This document shows, in pieces, positions 42,027-53,972 of a stretch of 64,000 nucleotides of DNA. The stretch comes from Trichosphaerium sp. ATCC 40318 (lineage: Eukaryota; Protista; Tubulinea). Position 1 is the stretch's first letter; every line of letters starts with the position of its first letter. The notes under the pieces are model-generated. The model was not told where the DNA came from, searched no databases, and saw nothing but the letters and a program-made list of their open reading frames with translations. Where the stretch lies: positions 434,001 to 498,000 of the forward strand of contig JALMLS010000420.1 of assembly GCA_038496445.1 (NCBI GenBank). Reading direction: 5' to 3'. The position numbers and the translations under genes were made by a program.

Positions 42027-45000
42027 TTACATTGACATTAGCTTACGTAATACAGGATTAGAACTTTCCATGACACATTGTCTAAGAGCTTGAAGCTTTT
42101 CCATAACTTGATCTTCACTCAAATCACTTATAGGTGTACTTTTAAAGTCATCCAAGAGAGAATTTATTTCAGAACTTGCTTTTTGTATCTCAACACCATT
42201 TTCAAGTTGAGCGAATGCTTCCTCTGCAAAAAAAGTCAATTAGGTCAAAAATAAATATATCACGTGAAACACACGTGTTTTTTAAATATAAAAATTACTA
42301 TGATAAGCATAATAGCAGTATTTCTAAGACGTACGACCATCAAAGTTTTCCAAGTCAGATGCCTTCTTTTCTGCCATAGCAACAACGTTTTCTGGAAAAT
42401 TAGCAATCTTCGCTACATGGATACCAAAACTTTGATCAGAAGGCCCACTCTTTACTTCATATAGTAGTGTCAAGTTACCATCATCAGTCTAGATAATTCA
42501 ATAAATAAGAAGAGTAGAACAAGGTGTTGCAAAAAAAATCCTTTAACTGAACTTACCCTAGCGTTTACATGAAAGTTACGAACTACTGGGTACTCTTGTT
42601 CCAGGTGAGTCAATTCATGAAAATGAGTAGCAAAAAGGCAAAATGAACCCAACTTTGTTATTATATGTCTAAGCGAGCAATAAGCAAAAAGATCACTGAA
42701 CTGAGAGGAAAATTGTTTTGAAAAGAAAAAAGAAAAAGGTGAGAAAGCGTACTCTGATATAGACCAAGCAAGGCCAAAACCATCGTAAGTTGAAGTACCA
42801 CGTCCAAGTTCATCGATAATAATCAATGAATCTTCAGTCGCTGCTTCTAAAATCATACCAGTTTCAATCATCTCAGCCATAAAAGTTGAAACACCTAGTT
42901 TGTTTTTTTAGTTGCTTCGTGCTCGTATGTTTAGTGGGTGGACTCTTCACTTCAGGCAACGACTAAGATAAAGTAACGTACCACGAAGCTGACTATCACC
43001 TGCACCTACACGAGCAAGTATTTTATCACAAATGCATACTTTAGCTTCAGTACAAGGAACGTAGCAACCCATTTGAGCCATAAGTACAATCAAACCAACC
43101 TAACGTTTTTACAACATGAGAAAATCACAATATCTACAACTGCAGTACCTGACGGATATATGTTGATTTACCACCCATATTTGGACCAGTAATGATAGTA
43201 AATGTTGATGCACCTGAAGTAGAAAGTCAGCGAAATATGGGAAAAACATAAAGGGAATTCTCACCTTTTTTCATGTGAATGTCATTTGGTATGAAAGACA
43301 TATCAGTCATAGATTCTAGAACAGGATGACGAGAACCAACCAAGTGTATTTCATCGTCAGTAAAGATAGGTCTACAATATTCTGCTGCCCCTTCATAACA
43401 AACTGATGCGACACTAGAATAAAATTTAGTTTGGATAAGTAATGTACATGTTGTTATTCAAACCCTAACGTGCCTTGTATAAACATCAAGTAATGCAACA
43501 ATACGATGACATTGATCAATAACAGGAATATAACTCGCTTTATATATTCAGTATGGAGCCACAAAACTTTCTTTTTGACAACCAAAACAAAAAATTGGAT
43601 GAAATTTTACCTGCTGTTTGAAGTACGCCATGTTCTATTTCTTTTGCTTTTTCATCGTACGCCGCATCTATTTTTTCCAGAGTATCATTCACTTTGCTTA
43701 TTTTAGCACCATAAAACTTTACAATTGTTCTGAGGAGAAAGGTAAGCAAACAGTAAAACAATCAAAACTACTGGTTTGATATTTAAAGCAAACAAAGTGT
43801 TGACTTAAACAACATGTTTGTCGTTTATGGTTGCCCTTAAAAATTTCTTCAAACTCACCTAGAAGATCCGGATAGCTGTTTAAATTCTCTTTTAAATTTG
43901 TCTAAACACTTGGCATCCTGATATGATAATTTTAGTTGAACTTCTAACTATGAAATCAAAAAAAGTGTTACCTTCTTAGCGAGAGTGTAGTGGTATCCAT
44001 TAGACTTGTTATTAACCTAAAAGCAAAATTAAGATCTCTAAGATAATATAAAACAATACAGGACTAGTAAATTAAACAGACTACTCATGTGGAGTGGAAA
44101 TATTACAAAGAATCTTTCTTTGGGTTTATACAAAAAAGCAGACCGCTGTTGTTCTCGATTTCAGTGTTTAAAAAGAAGACTGTGTCATTAAAAACTCACC
44201 ATTTTAAAGGAGCTAGGACATCCTAATTGCATCCTAACTCTTTCTTGCTCTTCAGTAAGGCGATCAACAATCATGTCTCTTCTTTTAGCAAGACTTTCTA
44301 GTTTTGGATCAAACTCAGCTTTAATTCTTACTTTATTTCTCTCTAATCCATCTATATCAATAGTTTGCTCAACAAGCATTAGAAAATTCTGTAATTTATC
44401 TTGTTGTTCCTATTCGTTAAGAAAAAAATTAGCAAGTAAACACAGAAAACATTTAAGAAAAAAACAAGAAAGTTTGATCTGTTTTGGTTAATCGTACAAC
44501 GAACGGTTCTGCGAATTCTGATCGTAACAGTAGTACAAACTTTTCTTCATGCTCATAGCAATTGAGTTGGGCGATAATGTTGTCAAGATTGCTTCTTACA
44601 AACCGATATAAGTCAAGACAATCCTAGCATTAAGTCAGAAAAACTTGTCAGTTTGGACATCGATGTCATCAAACGAGGTTTGCTGTACAAGCATTAAAAT
44701 GCACTTACCATGAGCGATCCCTTGCCTCGTTTCATTTTATTAGATATGCGTTCTAAGTCAGGAACACGCCTCAAGCAAGAGCTTCTCAAAGATCCTGTCA
44801 TGCTTGAATCTTCATGGAATATTTGAACAATATCAAGTCTGTGCTCGATGGCAAATTGATCCAAAAGAGGTTGTTTTATCCACTTCATTAGAAGTCTTGA
44901 ACCCATAGCCGTACGACATACATTTAAAAGACCATATAGACATAATTTAGGATTACCTAGTACGGTTAGGGATCAGTTTGTTTCTGAGTGTTTTTTTGAA

Positions 45001-46672
45001 TAGCGATGAAGCCATACCGATTTTAGGGTTTGGTAAAAGATCTAGAGCAGTTACTGCTGCTGGATCAAGTCTCATGTATTGAAGTAAGTCATATGATTGT
45101 AATGAAAAAGTTCCACGGTTCATATCATCGCTCAGAAGCTAATAAAAATACTTTAGGTAACAGTTCAAATTTCCTTATGTCAAAAACAAAACAAGGACGT
45201 ACGTCGAAGTATGATATCAAGCACCCGAGTGCTTGCATCTGTACATCGCTTTCTAATTCATCTAAGTCCATGTTTTAGTTATATCGTTATACCAATATCA
45301 CTCGTTTGATATGGAGAGGAAAGGAAGAGTTACGTACTCATTGCATTAACATATTTTTTGCCAAGTAAATTTTTCAAATCTTGTTCCATATTTGCTGTCG
45401 AAAATGTATCACGTTTCATAGCTGTTCCTATTATTCTACATCTCTCCAGAACTGTCTTTGTAAAAAACCAATATTAGCAAACATACAAGAGTTTCACATA
45501 CTTGTAGCTTGGCACCATCAGTATCAGATTTTGTGAGTTGAGGATACAAACATTCTTTTGCACTTATTTGCAAGAAAAGAGACTAAACTGATTTAACACG
45601 TGCACAACCACGTTTAAAAAAATATAGAACGTACCTGTAAATTGTGTAATTGCGCGTTATCATTGAGCTCGCATACATACATTTTACGAAGAATCTGATC
45701 CGCAAACGCCACACCAACCGTCTTTGTAAAAAGTGTTAAACAAAAAAAAAGACAATTTTTTTTGGCTTATTTCAACGTACCCTCATCCCTTGTTTATTCA
45801 CAATACGCACAGCCACACACATATTCGCTTGTGACATTTGTGCAAGTCCTTCACCTTTATCACCGAACAAAAGGTCCTCTACTTGAGATATATTACCAGG
45901 AGACGCTAAGAAGTCATCAATAAAAAAGAAAACCTAAATCAAAAACTGTTAATCCTGACCTTGGTGTGTCATGCCCCAAGAGCCACCTTGACTGCTATGA
46001 ATCTCAACACGATAGTTACGATCTATTATGAGGACTCTTAATATGTAAGAGAACTGGCTACCCTCGCTGCGAGAAAGTTTTAGAAAAAAAACGTCATCCT
46101 CATTTCATCTATTTCTAACCTTATCGTAATGTACTGAGGTCCGCTGGATTGTGTTCCATGAGAATTCTTATGCTCTTGGCGAATGCCGCTTCTCATGTCA
46201 GAGCTTGTTGAACTGCCAAATGACCTACAATTTTTTTAACACACCATCGATAGTGCTGGCGTATTTTGAGCTAGCGCTACGAAACGTACCGTAATATTGA
46301 AGTCGTTTTAAAAAAATCGCGGGCAATGTAATGTGCGTCGTTGTCATGAGCGCAAAAGTATCCCTTCGTGCGTGAGAAGGCGTAAAAAACAAATAAAGCG
46401 TACTGCACGATGAAAGAACCGTATTAGCGTAGGTGATTTCTAATAGACTTTTAGACTTGATCACAATCGTTAATATACCTGTGGTAACCTATTGTAGTAA
46501 CGAAGAAACGAACTAGCTGTCTTAGACATTTCTAAAATGACTAAGTTCGCAGAATAACAAAACAAACACAATCTACACATGCAAATAAACACCATATACC
46601 TGTTTTTCGCCTTTTGGCAGTGTCAGCATCTTCTGGCTCCACTTGAAGCTTACGCTTACGCCAATTATGCAT
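42027..46672 (-). CDS. MSH2: DNA mismatch repair protein MSH2
   Basis: [16 protein letters not shown]; [14 protein letters not shown]; [14 protein letters not shown]; [14 protein letters not shown]; GVSTFMAEM; [19 protein letters not shown]; FATHFHEL; SFGIHVA. Confidence 0.96.
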
Positions 46673-47195
46673 GTCGGATTGTAAACGTTTGGCAGGCTTG
46701 GTACAACAGGTAGAAACAAAGTCAAGGCTAATTCTGTCGTTTTCTATGAATAACACTTTGAATTTGGCTGTCACGGACATAGTAAAATATCGCGTAGTGA
46801 GGGTTTATTTGCTATTTCCACTTCGATTCTGGCATCCCAGGTGCTTCTGTAGTCAGGATCGTGCAGGACGAAGAACCACAATAATCACGTGACCTTTTTT
46901 TTCAATTTACAAGCACATTTATGATGCGCCAACTTAGCACATTTTACAACGAACAAGTTGCATTTGCTAGCTCATTTTGCTACCTTATTTCTTTCTGCAG
47001 TATGTAGCTTGTACAGTGTGATATCAGTTAGGCTTTAGTACTTTTATTAAATTGTGGGTTTTATGCATAGCAATAGCTGTCTACAAAAGAAGGCCAAAAA
47101 AAAGGAAAACGGTTTGTGAATATTGATTGTATTTCTTCAACTTTATGCAATTATTCGTTTATGAGAATTGTATTTTTTTTGGTTCTTCAATGTTA

Positions 47196-48447
47196 TCACA
47201 TTCTTCTCCCTTTAGTACAGCCGACAAACCCCTTTTTTAATAAATCAGGCAAGAGGTTATTGATGAAGAAAGTTGAAAAAAAAGTAATAAAATAATTAGT
47301 TCGAACGTACTCAATATTGACAAGTGCCTTTTCAGGAAGCTCAATACGGTATCTGTATGGCCTTGCTCTTTCTGTATTTTTAGGATCTTTTGTTCCTTTT
47401 GCTTCAAAGTAGCATACGCTCCTCCCATTGGCTAAAGAAATAATAAGCAAAAGAACTGAGCGTAACCCAAAAATACTATAGTATGAAAAAAAAACAAAAG
47501 TAAAAAAATCACTTACACTTTCCGTGTTCAGCATGATCTGCAATGACAGTTTCAAAATCACGTGTGGGTCTATTTGCCCTCTTCGATTTTGTTATACTCA
47601 GACTAAACAAAAACATCAGAAATCAATAAACAGAGTAACAAAGGAATAAAACATTATTGCTATGAAAGAAAAAACACCTTAAGTTGTGTTCTAATTATTG
47701 ACGTACTCGCTTAGAGAATACTCTTTCGCAACCAAAAACTTTGTATACCAATCCTGTTTAGTTGTCCAGTACTCTGTAGTGCATGGATACTTCCAAAACT
47801 TCCTATCAAGAGTTTTGATGGTGACTTTTTTTGCTTCTCTGTCATAGAGTATCTCATGAGGTTCACGAGACATAGAAGATATAACAATGCTTGAATTAAA
47901 TGTCAGACAACCCGGAGAAAGCAGAAAATTGGAAAAAAACAAAAAAAAAGCCGTTTAGGTACCGTGAGTACAAAAAGTCAGCAATCCCCTAATGGTTGTA
48001 AGCAATGAGCATTTTAGAGTAGTATTAAGTACTCACGAGAATCCAAGCTGCTGGTGCTGCGACGTAAAAGTATATAGGGTCAAGAATAAATGGAATTAGT
48101 ACTATTCCAGGTGCTGTAGCGAAAATCGCGAGCGGCAGGTGGAGTCTAGGCAAGGTACGTTATTTTTTTTCAATTTTTTAAAAAATTGCTTTGCGTGCTT
48201 GTGATTATCCGTTAGATTGCGGTACAACACTTGTTTTTTCGAATTATCAGTGTTTACAGTGTTAGCCTCTAAAACGCATTTTTAGGCTTCAAAAACCATT
48301 ATACGTACCATTTTTAAGTAATTTGGAGCAATGAAGTGTCGCAACTTGTACTGTTGGACGAGTCAATGATTTATTCTGTTGTACTCTTTGCCTACGCGTT
48401 TGAATAGCGATAGGCGAAGTTCTAGATGCAGCACGCCACATTAACAT
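47196..48447 (-). CDS. Probable mitochondrial two-TM membrane protein (possibly TMEM70/186/223-like); boundaries approximate
   Basis: Basic presequence MLMWRAASRTSPIAIQTRRQR, a hydrophobic hairpin, then EILYDREAKKVTIKTL. The family assignment is a guess. Confidence 0.4.
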
Positions 48448-48588
48448 GTTGAAAATCAAATCTTCAGTTGTTCTTAACAGCCCCAACTTAACCTTCGTAC
48501 CAAAAATGTGATCTCACAAGAAGCACAAAATAATGCGTGTGTATGGACATGCTATGTACTGTATGAGCGCAGTGTTCTATAAAATCAA

Positions 48589-49636
48589 TCAATTCTGTTT
48601 ATTCAACTCGGCTATCTTAATTTTAACTTGCTTCAAATATTCTACTTTAGCTTTCAAGTCATAGGCTTTCACACGTGCTATTCATATTATTCAGTAATGA
48701 TGTCAATGGTATCACATGATATTGCAACGTACCTGATGAAGAGGGTACAACAAAGCAAGGTATACTAAGATCATTATTTACAATCAAATCATCCTGCCAT
48801 CCTACTTTGCAAAAAGATTTCTTAAGCACAGTTTTATATATCCCTATACCGTTGAAGCAAACTACCCTTTGAAAGATTTGTTACGCTCTTTGTGTAATCG
48901 TAATGTTAGCCAGTACGCACTTTGGTTTGTAGTTGTTAAGCTTGACAAGTAACTCCTTGAATCCATCACAAAGCTCGCCGTCTGATAGCAAAGCAGTTGT
49001 ATTTGTAGAACGTTTAACAAGACACGTCAATCCAATGCCGTACTTCATAACAGTATTATCCTCACCTACATAACTTAACACGTTTAATAAACCTATGTCA
49101 TTCATTTACCTGGTGTAAGTTGATGTGGTGTCAGACCTACACGCCAAGTGTCAACATACATGAAAAAAAAATGAAGGGTTTAAGCTTAATTTACTCACCT
49201 GAACGCCACAGCATTGGCCAAAAATGGTTTGTCACGTGAGAATACCATTGTTTCCGACTGGCTGATTTTGTGCCAGGGTTATCTCCAATGATAACCAGGT
49301 CTAAATCGGGTGCTAAAAAGTCTGGCAACCTGTAAACACCAACAGTTAGTTTTAATGCGCCATGGATACCACCAAATACATACCCATCATCCTGAGCTAC
49401 ACGCTGACGTTTTGGAGCATGTTGTATGTAGTTTGTAATTAAGTTTGAGGAATTTGGTCGTTTTTTTTTCTGTGGAGTGGTTACAGGTGATTTTTGACGC
49501 GTCGCGGTAGATATGGCGCGTTCTATTGCTTCTAAACAATATTTGGCAAAAAAGACAACCCAAATTTTGTTTTTATGTTCTCATTACGCGTACCGAACTC
49601 TGAAAGCGATATTTCTTCAACTTGTACGTTATTCAT
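48589..49636 (-). CDS. G/T-G/U mismatch DNA glycosylase (MUG/TDG family)
   Basis: LPDFLAPDLDLVIIGDNPG; NHFWPML; YGIGLTCLVKR; VCFNG; VVPSSSAR. Confidence 0.92.
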
Positions 49637-49731
49637 CAAACCTCACTGGATTTAGAAGTTACTTAACAGCTAATCCATTTTAAGCAGCTACGAATTCGTA
49701 CCTCACTTGCCCACAGTGTAAACAACACAGC

Positions 49732-51229
49732 ATGTTGAGAAATACTGTTTTACTTGTCGCTATCTGTATTAGCGTAAGCCTATGTCATATTTGCTTTATA
49801 GACCCTCCACAGCGTGGAAAGCAACTCACTGGGATACCAGGTACGTCATTCTTCAAGTTTTGGGGTTCTTTCGACTTGAAAACACCGAAACAAAGGCTTT
49901 GCGGGGCGAACTATCCGAAAAATTTTTCAGTTTCTGTTTTGGCGAAATCTGCTACGAAACTTCGGTTTTCTTCGCCCTAAAAAAACGAGAATAGAAACTG
50001 ATTTCCCTATTTATGTGGTTATTTTATATACACTAACGCTATCCAGGCGACCCTGCGTGCTATCGTAGAACACCATACTGCGGTGGTATACCGATTGAGA
50101 CGCCAGTAACGACATACAAAGTGAACGAACCTGTCCTTATTCATTTTCAACAAAACTTAAACCATTGGTTCTCTCCAAGGCCTGGTCACCTCGATTTCTC
50201 AATCTCATACACTAATACACCAACTGACGATGATTTCATTGTCTTAAAGACTTTCTCCGACTTTGCAGGACACGAGATGGTTGTCTCAACAAATTTCACA
50301 TTTGTTTTAACTTTTCCACGTGGAAAGACATGTGATCATTGTATCCTTCGTGCGCGTTATGTCTCCAATAACCCACTTGAGATTTCACCAAAGAACAACA
50401 CTGACGCAAGATTTTATAACTGTGTTGACTTTAAGATTGTTGATGATACTGATGGTGATGAACAAGACCAAGGTAGAAGCTCTATGGAGATTCCTGAATT
50501 ACAAGAAGAAAAAGTTGTAGCGAAAAAATCAGTATCCTCAAGCGGTTTTGGATGTACTACTGTTCCACAATGGGAAGGTACTATGACTGAAACAAGGAAA
50601 GAAGGAAAAGTATTTCATCACCTTTGGTATGATGCTGTAGAACAACGATTACGTTGGGATAGAAGTGGCGCAATAAGGTACACCTTTTTTATCAAAACAA
50701 GAAAAAAAGTTGGTTTACCTTTCATTTACTGACGAGTTCTTCCTTAGCCCTTACTACCAACAGTTAACAACATACTACATTACTAAGCCTAGCCTTGTTG
50801 AGTACCTTCATTTTCCTACAAAGGGACAGTGTTTGGCTTACGGTCCTGACGCTTGGTATGATTGGTCTTATGGTGCTTCCGTTGGACAAGCTCTTATTCG
50901 TACGAGATTTACAAATTATTTCTTTCATTTTTCTTCTTTACGTCACGTGCCAATTTATGCTTACTTCTTCCTTCAAAGGTAACGATACAATCTCTGGCAC
51001 TAAGGTATATGTGTGGGGAACAGACCAATTTGAGTGGATAACTACAGTTGACTGCGAACCTGTTGGAAAAGTACAACTTGGTTTGAACCAGGTAGAATTT
51101 TTATGGACTAGCTTCAAGAAAGGTGTTGATGCTTCTGCTTTCGCTCTACCATCAGGTTGTGGTAATAAAAAACCACAAAGCGATTGTGGTGCCACCGAAG
51201 AGCAGATAAAAGAACTATTATCATTGTAA
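49732..51229 (+). CDS. Secreted protein with an N-terminal His1 LPMO-like domain and a C-terminal ependymin-like domain
   Basis: Signal peptide ends immediately before HICFIDPPQRG; QNLNH; CDHCILRARY..FYNCVD; then CTTVPQWEG..WYDAVEQRLR..FALPSGC. Confidence 0.75.
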
Positions 51230-51531
51230 TAAAAACTAATAGTTGCTCCAAAAACGCCTTGTTATTTAATTAACCTTTCTATATTTGAAAACAAACAAGG
51301 CCTCACACGTGTCCCTTTTCAAAAGCTACAGCGCTTTACATTTTCTTTGGAATTGTCAACGTCACGTGATAATGTTGGGTATGCCTGTGCAAAGCCGTTT
51401 TACAAAACAGGAGCTAAACTGTGAGTTTCATGAAAACTTCGCACCGGACTTACTGTGTGGATTTCCCGAAAACAAAAAGAGGAGTTAAGACGGTTAAGCT
51501 TTCGAAAAACATTTCTGGATTATTTTCAACC

Positions 51532-53972
51532 ATGTCACAATCACTGATACTGCTATGTCTTACTCTTACAATAACACAAGCGCTAGCAGGTCAATTTATA
51601 AACTTTCAATTCTCCGGTAGAACAAACCGTCTTTTTATCCCTTCTACTTCATACAGTAATGTACCTGCACCTCTCTTTGTAATGTTACATGGCTGTACGC
51701 AAAATCCAAACGACTTTTCAGGTAGGCCGAACTATTAATGCCCGTTGATCTTTCAAAGGTGTTTTGTACTCTAACTTTTCTTTAGCTGGTACTCAAATGA
51801 ATGTTGTTGCCGAGAAGTATGGATTCTATGTTTTGTATCCTTTACAACCAAGCTCTGCTAATACTAACAAGTGTTGGAACTGGTACCTAAATCACTTCGA
51901 TCTTTCGGATAAATTATTTAAAAATAACATATGCCACGTGTTTTGAGTTTTGTGGCCTGTGGATATGGGTTGACTAAATTTGAGTAGGTTTGAAAGACAA
52001 CATCAAACTAGAGGCAAAGGAGAACCTCAACTCATCGCAACAATGGCTCAAGCAGTACGGAGACTAATGTTGCAAAGTAACAAAGTACTCAATGCTACGT
52101 TTTAGGTCATGGAGCAATACAGTATCGATAAGGAGAACGTTTATGTTGCAGGTATGTTCAAGCCATAGAATTTGATTAAGTGATAGTATCTAACTGTAAA
52201 AAAGGGTTATCAGCAGGTGCAGCCATGGCAGTCATCGTTGGTGCAGTACGTGATTTTCTTTTACATCGGTAACATGTGTCTTATTTAATTGAGTGATAGA
52301 CCTATCCTGATGTATTCGCTTGTATTGGTCCAGCAGCTGGATTGGAGTATCAAGCAGCAACTAGTGTTTTGAACGCTTATACAGGTAACTACTGTTTTGG
52401 TTTCACTCTGTGTAACTTATTTGCTTCGTAGCTATGAGTAGTGGAGGTCCGAATCCACGTACACAAGGTCAGGTTGCTTACAAAGAAATGAATTCTGGTG
52501 GTAAAAATGCAAGACCGCTTTGTGTCGTTGTTACTCAGGTATAATTATGTGCAACCCGAAGAGCTTAACACGTTGCTAGGGAACTTCAGATTTCACTGTG
52601 AACAAAGTTAATGGTTAGGACTTTGTGTTGAGTCCAAATCTAATAACGTATGATTAGGTGAGCAAGTGAGCCAGCAGTGGTCAGTAACGAATGACTTGAG
52701 TTTGTGTGGTGGCACAGAATGTGGTGAAATGCCTTTCACGCCAACGAAATCCGAGAAACTTCAGGTGAATATTCTTTCTTTATTCATTTTAAGTTTGACA
52801 ACACTTATGGTTTATACTCTTGATTAACTATATTCTTAGGTGCCAGGAGGAAGAAGTTATACTGCAAACTACTACGAACAAAAATGTACGCTAACAATAA
52901 CGAAATTAAACGTTTTCAGCAACTGATTTGTGTTCGCATAGCAACTGGAAAAACGTGGATGATTTATCTTGTTAGTACGTAACCCTATACTGATTTCATA
53001 ACCTAATGTTTATAAATTAGTTGATGGTATGGGCCATGCTTGGTCTGGCGGAAGTACATCAGGGACATATACTGATCCAAAAGGACCAAACGCTTCCGAA
53101 ATAATGGCTGAGTTTTTCTTGAACTCAACAGTAAATCCAACACCAGTAACTGCCCCGCCTACTGATGTACCAACTGCTCCTCCACCTACCGCTGCACCAA
53201 CAATTGCACCGCCATCTAACGAGCCTCCAACGATAGCGCCAACAGAAGCGCCAACACCAGTACAAAAACACAATCGCTAAAATACGATTAACTTTTTTAA
53301 AGAGCGGAGATGAACTTGAGTTTATGTCAATTGGCGATGAAGATGGGTATGTAGGAATGCTTGAAGCAGATGGTATGTCCACTTTAGATTGTAAAGTAGG
53401 CGATAAAGGAATGTTTAACGTTGACACATATCGTTTAATTCTATCCTTTGATACTTCCAAAATCCCAGGTATGTTCCACAATGCATTTGTTTATTACTTA
53501 CTTTCTCTATAGCTGGCGCTGAGATTACTGGAGCCAAACTTAGTATCACCAAAAAGAGCTTATCTGGTACTATATCTAGCATTTCTATTGACATGAGCGA
53601 TGGTGGGTTTAGTGGTAAGACTTAAAAAAAGTGAAAGTCGTCTTCTATTCACTTATGAAATAGGTTCTAACAAACTATCAATGTCGGACTATTCCGCTTC
53701 AGCATCATCATACAACATTGCATCAATGCCGGTGCCAATAAACAATAGTCAAGTGTCATCTGTCATACTTCCAGAAAGCTCTTACAAATTCATTAACAGG
53801 CACGTGACATGTAAAGCGAGTCAATTAAGCTAACCTTATTATCAGACAACCAGGAAATAGAACACAATTCAGACTTAAGGAGGAAGCAACAGCTAGTTTT
53901 ACAGCGAACCTCTTATCAGCTTACTGTGGAGGAACACAAAACCCTCCTACTCTAGTGGTGTCTTACTCATAA
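51532..53972 (+). CDS. Secreted PHB depolymerase-family esterase with Pro/Thr linker and C-terminal beta domain
   Basis: VMLHGCTQ; CWNWF; GEP; [12 protein letters not shown]; YPDVF; GMGHAWSGG; TDPKGPNAS; many introns. Confidence 0.93.
53128..53260 (+). repeat. Coding Pro/Thr low-complexity linker repeat
   Basis: [33 protein letters not shown]. Confidence 0.7.

Noticed and set aside
42027-49636. DNA-repair cluster (MSH2 + TDG, with TS and NT5C3 elsewhere)
   Set aside because: The genes are separated by unrelated genes, and co-occurrence is plausible by chance in a compact genome.
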